DNA from: Oikopleura dioica
Lineage: Eukaryota; Animalia; Chordata
Assembly (NCBI GenBank): GCA_907165135.1
Contig: OU015569.1
Location: forward strand, 11,222,001-11,286,000
Length of the DNA: 64,000 nucleotides
Direction: 5' to 3'
Shown here: positions 1-12,470 of the stretch, one piece after another
How positions within the stretch are numbered: the first letter of the stretch is position 1
How the letters are laid out: each line of letters begins with the position of its first letter
Notes under the pieces: model-generated
Databases searched by the model: none
What the model saw: only the letters and a program-made list of their open reading frames with translations
Told to the model about the DNA's origin: nothing
Program-made: the position numbers and the translations under genes

Positions 1-533
1 CTTCCCAAGCCATTCTCTCAACTGTCCGGGCATCATTTTTTCTAGCAAGGCCAAAAGCGAGAAGTAAAAGGAATATTCTGAGCGAAAGTTGCATTCAAGC
101 GTTTTTCTTTTCAGCGCGTTCGGGACAATGTTATTTGAAAAATGTGCCGCGGGAGGAATGTTACGAAGAGTTGCTTGAACTGGGTGATCGATCGGGGCTT
201 ATCCAGCAACGACGACACTCCATCCATCCCACTTTATAAAATCTTCTATTCGCGACGAAAATGAGGACAATTAAGAATTACGCTTACAAAGTTGATCTGT
301 CAAAGTTGGCAAAATGGAGAAAATCATCAAAAGCAACAACGATTTCGAGGTTTGTTGGAAGTTCCTTCAGTGTAGGAATTAATTTATTGCGCCGGTTCTT
401 GAGAAGCGACAGCAGATCACCAAATGCGGTGGCTTTACTGCAAGCGGAGACAGAAAGAATACTGATAACTATCCTGAAAATGCCTTTAAAAAACGGATCG
501 GAGGTGGTTTGAGGCAGTTTCGAACAAAGAAAG

Positions 534-2252
534 ATGAAGCTTTCAAGCTTTTTTGTTCTAGCGAAAGTTGGCTTTTCGCAAGATTTGGCTGAGTTTGACT
601 CGCGATGCCCTGACTTGGAACTTGGTTTGAGATATCGAGACACTCGTAAATAAATAATCAGTAAAATTCAGGCCAGCAGTGTGATACTGAATGCTCGGAG
701 GTTTTCGTTGACTGCCGCAACAACTGTCCTGACCATCTTTGTGAAAATCAATGTCTGATCGAGTTCACAGAATGCGTCTCGGATTGTCCCTGTGGACAAA
801 ATTGCCCAAACGGATGTCAGGACTGCGAAAACCCCCTCTGCACAACTTGTAATAATTTGGAAATGGACTTTGAATTTCAGGTTTGAGATTTATCAAAAGA
901 TCAGACCTGTCCGATATTAGCAATGCAAAGTGATTGCGCTAGAAGAATTCGACCACTGCGCGATGAATTGTTTGAACAACTGGGGCTGCATCGACAATTG
1001 CTACAATCGAGAAATCTTGCAAGGCTTTTCGCAATGCAAATGCTTTGACGAGATTCCATCAGAGTCAACCGAATACCTCACCGTACTATCGCAAAACTGG
1101 TACTATGGATCACCTAATCTCGGCTATGTTACGAATGTCGACGGCGGTTTTCAGGAAAATTATCATATTTTTTGTATTTTTCACTTTGAAAAAAAATTTT
1201 GATTTTTCTAAAGCAAAACCGATACTACAGTTTTTATGAAAACAGCCTTCTATACGCAGTCAGTGCAGTCTACCAAGATAATGTCTACATCTTTGGAGGA
1301 TACGATAGTGACAATGATTTCTATAAAACAGATGTTTGTTTAAATTTCAAATATATTTCTAAAATTTAGATTCACCAAGTATTTGGATGCGAAATTCGCA
1401 AGCTTTCCGTCACACTGGAAAGACCCGTCGCATATTATACTGGAATAGTGGCAACATCCGATGGAGGTGCGAATCATTCAGCTTCCCTATTTATTTTTAT
1501 GCAACATATATTGAATAATTTTGAATAATTTGTTTTCAAGTTTACTCCGGGTTTGTTGGTAGTAATTATAAGTGGACACAGCTTTTTGATGGAACAAGAA
1601 CCATTCTTTCAAATTACAATACTGATGCGGACCATGAAGGGGGCTGCATGGCTCACTTGAATAATCAACCTGTTGCAATTGGAGGCGACGGTGGAAATAA
1701 TGTGGAATTGCTTAGATCAAACGGATGGACTTATCTCGACTCGCATCCAATGTATGATTTTCGACAATTGATCATCTAACTTGTTCTATTTAGGGATACT
1801 CATCATGCAGGATGTCTAGGATTCGGTCAAGATATGATCACGATCGGGGAAACGGAGGAACGAACAGGGTCTATAAATATAGTGGTCAATCTGGGACCTG
1901 GTCATTATTGGGATATTTGCAGCAGAATCATATGTTCAATACTGTTATTGAATTGAACGGTTACATCTACAGTACTGGTACAAACAACTGGAGACGAAAG
2001 GGCAAAAACGAAAAGATTTCTGATGCAAGCGAAGATGATACTGATGAATCTGATGATTCTCTTTGGTACTATACAACTGTTTCTCCACAAGGAGATGCCG
2101 GAATAGAGCGAATCCAAATCTTCAATTCCAGCATTTCATCTGAAATCATCTCTTTGCATGAGTCGTACGGTCATTACCGCCCAGTTCTCTTCCCGACTGG
2201 CCAGTTCGACTGTTCAACACCGATTTCAAATCGCACAGAAAACTCTACGTAG
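534..2252 (+). pseudogene. Secreted Cys-rich + Kelch-like beta-propeller protein, copy 1, with an apparent frameshift at G4 1846-1849
   Basis: Spliced product: signal-like MKLSSFFVLAKVGFS, Cys-rich CPCGQNCPNGCQDC, and Kelch-like VYIFGG and PVAIGG motifs. Copy 1 has GATCGGGGAAAC where copy 3 has GATCGGGGGAAAC. This could be a sequencing error. Confidence 0.7.
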
Positions 2253-2439
2253 TGACCCTTGCTTTGAGTGAATTTTATTTATGCTTATTCTGAAGTCCAG
2301 AATCTGAACTAATGAATGCTATCTTTGGAATAAAATCATTTCAATACGTTATGTTCAGCAACAATTCAAACTATTTTCTATCGCAGGAGTTTATTGTTGC
2401 AAGAAACAAAGATGCAGGGGAAAGGGAACGAATTAGTAA

Positions 2440-3260
2440 TTTTATGTAGTCTTGTTGGGACTCCTAGGGCTGCAGGTTGGACTGCTGAGCCACCTGGTTG
2501 GATTCCTGTGCAACCTGATTAGAAACTTGCTCGACCTGGTTGGAGTATTGCTCAGTTTGGTTGGAGAGTTGAGCGTATTGGTTCGAGTATTGTTCGTACT
2601 GGTTGGATTCTTGCTTGATCTGGTTCGAATTTTGGCAATATTATATTGCTCAGTTTGGTTCGACATTTGTGGGTATTGCTTGCAAGTCTGCTCGTACTGG
2701 TTCGATTACTTAGGAACCTGAATAGATTGCTGTGCGACTTGGTAGACCTGTTCTGTCTGGTTGGACATCTGAGGTATTGATTAAGTAAAAATTTTCTACA
2801 TACAGTTTTTTTCCTCTTTTGTGGACCCCAAGTTTGTGGACATTTTTTCCATTTAAAGGCCTTTAAGTGGGACACTTTATAAAAGATGCTGTTCCAAGTT
2901 TGTGGACATTTTTTCGCGGAAAGAAATAAAAAAGACAATTTTTTTTGTGTTGAGATTAATTCTCGCTAATCAAGATCGAGTTGTTCATTGTTTACGAAAA
3001 AAAAACAACATTAAAGGTTGAACTAGAGACAAAGGGGCCTTTGTCAGTCTTTCAGGAGCATAAATGCAAAGTCTAGAAAACCATTCGGCGTACTCAAATC
3101 TTAAAAAAAAATTTTAAGCGATTTCGATGGGACATTTTTTCGGAAGACGTTGCCCAAGTTTGTGGACATTTTTCGAAAATTTTGGGACAAAAAATGTCCA
3201 CAAAAGAGGAAAAGAACTGTATTATTAAAAATACCTGAGGAACCCAGTTTGGGTCAACTG
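2440..3260 (-). pseudogene. 3' remnant of the SNQ-heptad gene (MITE-interrupted, premature stop)
   Basis: Homologous to 10332-10770; the reading from the acceptor gives MSNQTEQVYQVAQQSIQVPK then a stop. Confidence 0.8.
2802..3219. mobile_element. Tc1/mariner-like MITE inserted in the intron of the SNQ-gene remnant
   Basis: TIRs CAGTTTTTTTTCCTCTTTTGTGGAC and GTCCACAAAAGAGGAAAAGAACTG, TA on both flanks (2800-2801, 3220-3221), and internal repeats of CCAAGTTTGTGGACATTTTT. The flanks rejoin into the intron/exon sequence seen intact at about 10700-10770. Confidence 0.85.
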
Positions 3261-3478
3261 TTTCTATTTTAAGTAACGAGGTTTGTTTGAAGTTTCGCAA
3301 GTCCCAAGACCTACAGTGTAGGAATTAATTTATTGCGCCGGTTCTTGAGAAGCGACAGCAAATCACCAAATGCGGTGGCTTAACTGCAAGCGGAGACAGA
3401 TAGCATACTGATAACTATCCTGAAAATGCCTTTAAAAACGGATTGGAAGTAGTTTGATTCAGTTTCGAAGACGAAAAG

Positions 3479-5279
3479 ATGAAGCTTTCAAGCTTTTTTG
3501 TTCTAGCCAAAGTTGGCTTTTCGGAAGATTTGGCTGAGTTTGACGCGCGATGCCCTGACTTGGAACTTGGTTTGAGATATCGAGACACTCGTGAATAAAT
3601 AATCGGTAAAATTCAGGCCAGCAGTGTGATAATGAATGCTCACTGGTTTTTGTTGACTGTCGGAATAATTGTCCTGATCATCTTTGTGAAAATCAATGTC
3701 TGATTGAGTTCACAGAATGCGTCTCGGATTGCCCCTGTGGACAGAATTGCCCAAATGGATGCCAGAACTGCGAAAACCCCCTCTGCACAACTTGTGATAA
3801 CTTAGAAACGGACTTTGAATTTCAGGTTTGACATCATGCTCAGGATTATTGAACTATAAATATATTAGCAATGCAAAGTAATTGCGCTAGAAGAATTCGA
3901 CCACTGCGCGATGAATTGTTTGAACAACTGGGGCTGCATCGATAATTGCTACAATCGACAAATCTTGCAAGGGTTTTCTCAATGCAAATGCTTTGACGAG
4001 ATTCCATCAAAGTCAACCGATTATCTAACCATACTATCGGAAAATTCGAACTATCGACCTAATCTCGGCTATGTTACTCATGTCGACGGCGGTTTTCAGG
4101 AAAATTACCAGAATTCATTTTTTGATTTTTCACTTGGACGATAATGTTAATATTTGTAAAGCAAAATCGATACTACAGTTTCTATGAAAAAACCCTTCGA
4201 CTCGCAGTCAGTGCAGTTTACCAAGATAATGTCTATATCTTTGGAGGATACGATGAATACAACGACAATTTTAAAACAGATGTTTGTTTGAATATTTTTT
4301 AAAATATCATTTCTTGAATTAAGATCCACCAAATATTTGGATGCGAAATTCGCAAGCTTTCCGTCACACTGCAAAGAGGCGTCGGATATAATACTGGAAT
4401 AGTTGCAACATCCGATGGAGGTTACTATATCATAATTCCTTACCTCTATGTTTAATATTTATAGTTATGCTACATTTCATACTTGATAAAAAATCTTCAT
4501 GTAATTTTGAATGATTACTTTTCAGTGTACTCTGGGTTCGTTCGTTATCCGTATAAGTGGACGCAGCTTTTTGATGGAACAAAGACAACTCTTTCAAATT
4601 ACGATACTTATGCGGACCATGAATATGGCTGTATGGCTCACTTGAATAATCAACCTGTTGCAATTGGAGGAGACGGCGGAAATTATGTGGAATTACTTAG
4701 ATCAAACGGGTGGACTCGTCTTAACTCGCATCCAATGTATGATTTTCGTCATTCGATTATCCATTTTTCCGATTTAGAGATACACATTATGCAGGATGTC
4801 TAGGATTTGGTCACGATATGGTCACGATCGGGGGCGACGGAGGAAAGAACAGAGTCTATAAATATAGTGGCCAATCCGGGACCTGGTCATTATTGGGATA
4901 TTTGCAACAGTATCATATGTACAATTCTGTTATTGAATTGAACGGTTATATCTACAGTACTGGAACAAACTACTGGCGACGAAATAGCAAAAACGAAAAG
5001 AGTGCTGATGCAACCGAAGATGATTCTGATGACTCTGATGACTCTCGTCGCTACTATACAACTGTTTCTCCTACAGGAGATGCCGGAATAGAGCGAATCC
5101 AAATCTTCGATTCGAGCATTTCATCTGAAATCATCTCTATGCATGATTCGTACGGTCATTGGCGCCCAGTTCTCTTCCCGACTGGCCAGTTCGACTGCTC
5201 AACACCGGTTTCGAATCCGGGTACAACAACCTATCGCACAGAAACGACTACTTATTGGCCCTCCACGTGGTGGCCCTAG
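3479..5279 (+). CDS. Secreted Cys-rich + Kelch-like protein, copy 2 (C-terminal extension ...TTTYWPSTWWP)
   Basis: Same exon structure as copy 1; no frameshift seen in the exons checked. Confidence 0.85.
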
Positions 5280-5469
5280 CCTTGAGTTAACTTTATTCAT
5301 GCTTATTCCAATGAGTGCTCTCTTTAGAATAAAATAATTTCAATACAATAGTACGTTTTGTTTAGCAACAATTCCAATAATTTTCTATCGCAGGAGTTTA
5401 TTGTAACAAGCAACAAAGATGCAGGGGAAAGGAAACTAATGAGTAATTTTATGTCGTTTTCATAAAAAT

Positions 5470-5714
5470 TAGCATGTAATCGTTGATTAATATCCTTGGT
5501 TGTACCCTTGTTGTGGCTGCTGGGGCTGCTGGTTGGACTGCTGGGGCTGCTGGTTGGACTGCTGAGCCACCTGGTTGGATTCCTGTGCAACCTGGTTAGA
5601 TACTTGCTGGACCTGGTTGGAGTATTGCTCAGTTTGGTTCGTCATTTGTGGGTATTGGTTGGAAGTCTGCTCGTACTGGTTAGATTGCTGAGGAACCTAG
5701 TAAGATTGTTGTGA
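5470..5714 (-). pseudogene. Truncated 3' remnant of the SNQ-heptad gene (unit 2)
   Basis: Matches the last exon and 3' UTR of the intact gene; breaks at ...AGATTGTTGTGATCGTCAAAGCACA. Confidence 0.8.
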
Positions 5715-5960
5715 TCGTCAAAGCACAGCAAAGATTTTTATCTTTAGTAACGAGGTTTGTTAGAAGCATCGCAAGTCCCTAGACTGCAGGTCCTACAGTG
5801 TAGGAATTAATTTATTGCGCCGGTTCTTGAGAAGCGACAGCGGATCACCAAATGCGGTGGTTTAACTGCAAGCGGAGATAGATAGCATACTGATAACTAT
5901 CCTGAAAATGCCTTTAAAAACGGATCCGTGGTAGTTTCATTCAGTTTCGAAGGCATAAAG

Positions 5961-7688
5961 ATGAAGCTTTCAAGCTTTTTTGTTCTGGCGAAAGTTGGCT
6001 TTTCGGCAGATTTGGCTGAGTTTGACGCGCGATGCCCTGACTTGGAGCTTGGTTTGAGATGTCGAGAAACTCGTAAATAAATAATCGGTAAATTTCAGGC
6101 CAGCAGTGTGATACTGAATGCTCTGAGGTTTTCGTTGATTGTCGCAACAACTGTCCTGACCATCTTTGTGAGAATCAATGTCTGATTGAGTTCACAGAAT
6201 GCGTCTCGGATTGCCCCTGTGGACAAAATTGCCCAAACGGATGTCAGGACTGCGAAAACCCCCTCTGCACAACTTGTAATAATTTGGAAATGGACTTTGA
6301 ATTTCAGGTTCGAGATCAAGTCTAAGATCATTAACCTATCAGATGTTAGCAATGCAAAGTGATTGCGCTAGAAGAATTCGACCACTGCGCGATGAATTGT
6401 TTAAACAACTGGGGCTGCATCGATAATTGCTACAATCGAGAAATCTTGCAAGGCTTTTCGCAATGCAAATGCTTTGATGAGATTCCATCAGAGTCAACCG
6501 AATACCTCACCGTACTATCGCAAAACTGGTACTATGGCTCACCTAATCTCGGCTATGTTACGCATGTCGACGGCGGTTTTCAGGAAAATTATCATATTTT
6601 TTGTATTTTTCACTTTGAAAAAAAATTTTGATTTTTCTAAAGCAAAACCGATACTACAGTTTCTATGAAAACAGCCTTCTATACGCAGTCAGTGCAGTCT
6701 ACAAAGATAATGTCTACATCTTTGGAGGATACGATAGTGACAATGATTTCTATAAAACAGATGTTTGTTTAAATATTTTTTCAAATATATTTCCTAAAAT
6801 TTAGATTCACCAAGTATTTGGATGCGAAATTCGCAAGCTTTCCGTGACACTGGAAAGACCCGTCGCGTATTATACTGGAATAGTGGCAACATCCGATGGA
6901 GGTGCGAATCATTCAGCTTCCCTATTTATTTTTACGCAACATATATTGAATAATTTTGAATAATTTGTTTTCAAGTGTACTCCGGGTTTGTTGGTAGTAA
7001 TTATAAGTGGACGCAGCTTTTTGATGGAACAAGAACCACTCTTTCAAATTACAATACTGATGCGGACCATGAAGGGGGCTGCATGGCTCACTTGAATAAT
7101 CAACCTGTTGCAATTGGAGGCGACGGCGGAAATAATGTGGAATTGCTTAGATCAAACGGGTGGACTCGTCTAAACTCGCATCCAATGTTTGATTTTTAAC
7201 AGTTGATTTTCTCACTTCTTCAATTTAGGGATACACATCATGCAGGATGTCTAGGATTCGGTCAAGATATGGTCACGATCGGGGGAAACGGAGGAACGAA
7301 CAGGGTCTATAAATATAGTGGTCAATCTAGGACCTGGTCATTATTGGGATATTTGCAGCAGAACCATATGTTCAATACTGTTATTGAATTGAACGGTTAC
7401 ATCTACAGTACTGGTACAAACAACTGGCGACGAAAGAGCAAAAACGAAAAGATTTCTGATGCAAGCGAAGATGATTCTGATGACTCTGATGATTCTCGTC
7501 GGTACTATACAACCGTTTCTCCTCAAGGAGATGCCGGAATAGAGCGAATCCAAATCTTCAATTCCAGCATTTCATCTGAAATCATCTCTATGCATGAGTC
7601 GTACGGTCATTTCCGCCCAATTCTCTTCTCGACTGGCCAGTTCGACTGCTCAACACCGGTTTCAAATCGCACAGAAAACTCATTGTAG
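5961..7688 (+). CDS. Secreted Cys-rich + Kelch-like protein, copy 3
   Basis: Same exon structure; ORFs 6359-6631, 6975-7199 and 7203-7688 are its exons. Confidence 0.85.
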
Positions 7689-7864
7689 TGGCCCTATCTT
7701 TGAGTGAACCTTATTTATGCTTTTTCTGAACTAATCAATGCTCTCTTTAGAATAAAATTATTTCAATACGTTATGTTTAGCAATAATTCAAACAATTTTG
7801 TTTCGCAGGACTTTATTGTTGCAGGCAACAAAGATGCAGGAGAAATGAAACGAATGAGTAATTT

Positions 7865-8095
7865 TATGTCGTCTTCATAAAAATTAACATACATTGTTCA
7901 ATATCCTTGGTTGTTTCCTTGTTGGGGCTGCTTGTTGGACTGCTGAGCCACCAGGTTGGATTCCTGTGCAACCTGGTTGGACACTTGCTCGACCTGGTTG
8001 GAGTATTGCTCAGTTTTGTTCGACATTTGTTGGTATTGGTTGGAAGTCTGCTTATACTGATTCGATTGCTGAGGAACCTAGTTAGATTGTTGTGA
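7865..8095 (-). pseudogene. Truncated 3' remnant of the SNQ-heptad gene (unit 3)
   Basis: Same sequence and same breakpoint as the unit 2 remnant. Confidence 0.8.
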
Positions 8096-8341
8096 TCGTC
8101 AAAGCACAATAACGATTTTTATCTTTAATAACGAGCTTTGTTAGAAGCTTCGCAAGTCCCTAGACTGCAGGTCTTACAGTGAAGGAATTAATTTATTGCG
8201 CCGGCTCTTGAGAAGCGACAGCGGATCACCAAATGCGGTGGCTTAACTGCAAGCGGAAACAGATAGAATACTGATAACTGTTCTGGAAATACGTTTAAGA
8301 CCGGATTGGAGGTGGTTTGATTCAGTTTCGAAGACGAAAAG

Positions 8342-10118
8342 ATGAAGCTTTCAAGCTTTTTTGTTCTGGCGAAAGTTGGCTTTTCGGCAGATTTGGCTGA
8401 GTTTGACGCGCGATGCCCTGACTTGGAGCTTGGTTTGTGATGTCGAGACACTCGTAAATTAATAATCGGTAAATTTCAGGCCAACAGTGTGATACTGAAT
8501 GCTCGGAGGTTTTCGTTGACTGCCGCAACAACTGTTCTGATCATCTTTGTGAAAATCAATGTCTGATTGAGTTCACAGAATGCGTCTCGGATTGCCCCTG
8601 TGGACAGAATTGCCCAAACGGATGTCAGGACTGCGATAACCCTCTCTGCACAACTTGTGATAACTTAGAAACGGACTTTGAATTTCAGGTTCGAGATCAA
8701 GCGCAGGATTATTGAACTATCTATATATTAGCAATGCAAAGTAATTGCGCTAGAAGAATTCGACCACTGCGCGATGAATTGTTTGAACAACTGGGGCTGC
8801 ATCGATAATTGCTACAATCGAGAAATCTTGCAAGGCTTTTCGCAATGCAAATGCTTTGACGAGATTCCTTCCAAGTCAACAGAATATCTTACCATTCTAT
8901 CGGAACATGAGAACTATAGTGGCTCATCATATAATCTCGGCTATGTTACGCATGTTAACGGCGGTTTTCAGGAAAATTATCAGAATTTTCTACTGTTTTT
9001 TTTTTCAACTTGACAAAATTGTTAATATTTCTAAAGCAAAATCGATACTACAGTTTCTATGAAAACAGCCTTCGATACACAGTCAGTGCAGTCTACCAAG
9101 ATAATGTCTATATCTTTGGAGGATACGATGATGACTACGGATATAAAACAGATGTTTGTTTAAATATTTTTTTAAATAAAATTTCTTAAATTAAGATCCA
9201 TCAAATATTCGGATGCGAAATTCGCAAGCTTTCCGTCACACTGCAAAAAGGCGTTGGATATTACACTGGAATAGTTACAACATCCGATGGAGGTTAATAT
9301 AACATAATTCCTTAGCTCTTTGTTCTATATTTATAGTAATGTTACATTTCATACTTGATACAAAATCTTCATGTAATTTTGAATTATTACTTTTTAGTGT
9401 ACTCTGGGTTTGTTAATTCTCCTTATACGTGGACGCAGCTTTTTGATGGCACAAAAACCATTCTTTCAAATTACAATACTGATGCGGACCATGAAGGGGG
9501 CTGCATGGCTCACTTGAATAATCAACCTGTTGCAATCGGCGGAGACGGCGGACGTTATGTGGAATTGCTTAGATCAAACGGATGGACTCATCTTGACCCG
9601 CATCCAATGTATGATTTTCAACAATTGATCATCTGAGATGATTAATCTCACTTGTTCTTTTTAGGGAAAACAACTATTATGCAGGATGTCTAGGATTTGG
9701 ACAAGATATGGTCACGATTGGAGGATACGGTGGATCGAGCAGAGTCTATAAATATAGTGGTCAATCCGGGACCTGGTCATTATTGGGATATTTGCAGCAA
9801 GCGCATATGTACAATACTGTTATTGAATTGAACGGTTACATCTACAGTACTGGCACAACCTACTGGCGACGAAAGAACAAAAACGAAAAGAGTGCTGATG
9901 CAGGCGAAGATGACTCTGATGATTCTCGTCGGTACTACACAACTGTTTCTCCACAAGGAGATGCCGGAATAGAGCGAATCCAAATCTTCAATTCCAGCAT
10001 TTCATCTGAAATCATCTCTTTGCATGAGTCGTACGGTCATTACCGCCCAGTTCTCTTCCCGACTGGCCAGTTCGACTGCTCAACACCGGTTTCGAATCGC
10101 ACAGAAAACTCTACGTAG
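8342..10118 (+). CDS. Secreted Cys-rich + Kelch-like protein, copy 4
   Basis: Same exon structure; ORFs 8774-9013, 9355-9636 and 9708-10118 are its exons. Confidence 0.85.
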
Positions 10119-10331
10119 TGGCCCTAGCTTTGAGTGAACTTTATTTATGCTTATTCTTTACTTATGCATGTTTTCTTAAGAATAAACGAGTTTCAATACG
10201 TTATGTTCAGCAACAATTTCAAGAATTTTCTATCGCAGGAGTTTATTGTTACAAGAAACAATGATGCAGGGGAAAGGAAACAAGAGAGTAATTTTATGTC
10301 GTCTTCATAAAAATTAACATATAATCGTTGT

Positions 10332-11317
10332 TTAATATCCTTGATCGTATCCTTGTTGGGGCTGCTGGGGCTGCTGGTTGGACTGCTGAGCCACCTGGTT
10401 GGATTCTTGTGGAACCTGGTTGGACACTTGCTCGACCTGGTTGGAGTATTGCTCAGTTTGGTTGGAGAGTTGTGGGTATTGGTTCGAGTCTTGTTCGTAC
10501 TGGTTGGATTCCTGTTCAACCTGGTTGGATACTTGCTCGACCTGGCTCGAGTATTGCTCAGTTTGGTTCGACATTTGTGGGTATTGGTTGGAAGTCTGCT
10601 CGTACTGGTTCGATTGCTGAGGAACCTGGTTAGATTGTTGAGCGACTTGGTTAGACTGTTGTGGGACTTGGTTAGAGACCTGTTCCGTCTGGTTGGACAT
10701 CTGAGGTTTGAATTTAGTATTAAATTTCTACATTTTTGGCTTACCTGAGGAGCCCAGTTAAGGTCAACTGGATGCTCGTTGTAGTGGTTGTTGTTGTTGT
10801 AGTTTTGCTCGTAGTTGCTGTTGTCATAGTTGTTGTTATTGTTGTTATTTTTTTTCTTCTTGCCTCGCTGGCTATCAGCAAAGCTGTCAGAATAGGAGCT
10901 AGAATCCTGGTAGTTGTACTCGTAATCATCAATGATTCCAGCAAGATCTTGGTTACCCTTGAGGGCTTGGGAACCTTCACTCTGATTATCGTCTTCGTAG
11001 AGGTAAGGGACGACGTACTCGACGTTGTTTGGCTTCTCTTCTTCGGCTGGTGCGGTGGTAGTGGACGTAGTTGTTGTTGTAGTCGTGGTGGTTGTAGTAG
11101 TGGTGGTTGTCGTGGTGGTAGTGGTAGTGGTTGTAGCTGCTTCGGTGGTCGTTGGCTCTGGAGTGGTGTATTTCTGCTTCTTGTTCTTTCGTCCTCGAGG
11201 ATCGAAGTACAACGAATCGTCAGCAGCGTCAGTAAGGTCGACACTGTAAGCGTAATCACCGTAATCACCAGTTTGCGCAAAGGCAACAGCGAGCAAAGTG
11301 GATTGAAGAAGCTTCAT
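10332..11317 (-). CDS. Secreted low-complexity protein (~313 aa): signal peptide, poly-Thr, Asn/Tyr tract, SNQxxQx heptads; candidate extracellular structural protein
   Basis: ATG at 11317 gives MKLLQSTLLAVAFAQ. A GT-AG intron at 10744-10701 (44 nt) joins ...NWAPQ to MSNQTEQVSNQVPQQ...QGYDQGY*. Confidence 0.85.
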
Positions 11318-12470
11318 CCCTAGAAGTGAATAAAAAAAAGAAGTCAGAGGGCTTTTCTCTTCAAAACCGACCGGTATTCGATCGTATTTCTTGCTCGTCT
11401 CCAGCTTCGTCACCGGTTAAATACGAATTCGAGGGCGGCAAGGGCGCCACAACGCTCACTCCTGATATCGCGGTATCGCCGACGAGAGCGTTATCCAAAG
11501 TCTATGCTCCAACCAAAGACGAGATTAGGCTCTTGAGGGGTGACGAGTTGACGTAGTCAGTAACCAGTTCGGTAATAAAGAGGCTGAAATAGATATTCAA
11601 AAAGACAAGAAGAAGTCAAGTTCAAAGATCGAATCTTTATCAGGAGTAGCACTCAGATGTTGTCGACTCAGTGGTGTCAGCGTCACGTGTTGTTATATAT
11701 TTCGAAATGGGCGAAAGTTGTGAGTTGTACAAGTTTGAATCCGATCGGAAGCGTTTTGCTTGATCGGGAGTAAATCACTTTGATCGACTCAAATAAAGCG
11801 CCACTCGTTTATCAGCCAAGTGTCATAAAGAGCCTTCGAAGGAAGTGCGCACCCGTGCCGTCGACAAGCGCACGAATCAGCGCTTTTAGTCGCTCTTCAT
11901 CGTCTTCGTCCTTGAAAAAAACGGGATATAATTGGGGTTACTTATTTTTGATGCTGCATCGCCATAAATTATGGCCCATAATCAGCGTATTTTTCGAGTA
12001 TTTTCAGCATAAATAGCGGCTCACAGCGATAATGGCCCGGTTAGAGCATTAGTGCTGATAAAGACGGCCTTGAAGGGCTCATGCATACAAATCATGCGCT
12101 CCATAATGACGGCAAGCCGTTTTATTGGACCAGTTCGCCTATCCCTCAAGTGCTCGTTGATAGTGGTCGAGATTAAAAGAGGCTCTTATTAGTTGGAAGT
12201 CGGAAAGCGCGGCAGAATTCGCCCTTTTCCCCAAAATATAATTTCTAATCTTGGAACACGGAAAACGGTTAATTTTAATGATTCCGCGGATAAGCACACT
12301 CACCCTTGATAGGAAAAGGCAACGGAAAGCGTGAAAATCTGTCTGATATTTTTGAATTATTAATAATAATTATCTGCTTTTTTGCGACAATTATCATAGA
12401 ATTAGCGTTCATTTTATCGGAAAAAAATGTTCTTTCCAAAGAAAAAGGCTTTCTCGTGGATTGCAATGAT

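Larger units (their letters stand above)
345..10700. repeat. Tandem array of four ~2.4-2.9 kb units (Cys-rich/Kelch gene plus 3' remnant of the convergent SNQ gene)
   Basis: The marker GTAGGAATTAATTTATTGCGCCGG (GAAGG variant in unit 4) recurs at 372, 3318, 5800 and 8181, and exons and introns align across all units. Confidence 0.95.

Noticed and set aside
10332-10700. Regularly spaced short repeats as a possible CRISPR-like array
   Set aside because: The units are contiguous 21-nt coding repeats without unique spacers.
2452-10748. Leu/Val-rich plus-strand ORFs (2452-2721, 5496-5714, 7907-8095, 10341-10748) that look like membrane proteins
   Set aside because: They are antisense readings of the SNQ 21-nt repeat, which happens to lack stops in that frame.
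10736-11323. Poly-Val and Gly/Cys-rich ORFs
   Set aside because: Antisense or off-frame shadows of the poly-Thr and poly-Asn codon runs.
11326-11556. SH3-like fragment (KVYAPTKDEIRLLRGDELT)
   Set aside because: Only a short resemblance to the ALYDY/DELSF motif; no second half with the conserved Trp was found and no exon chain was established.
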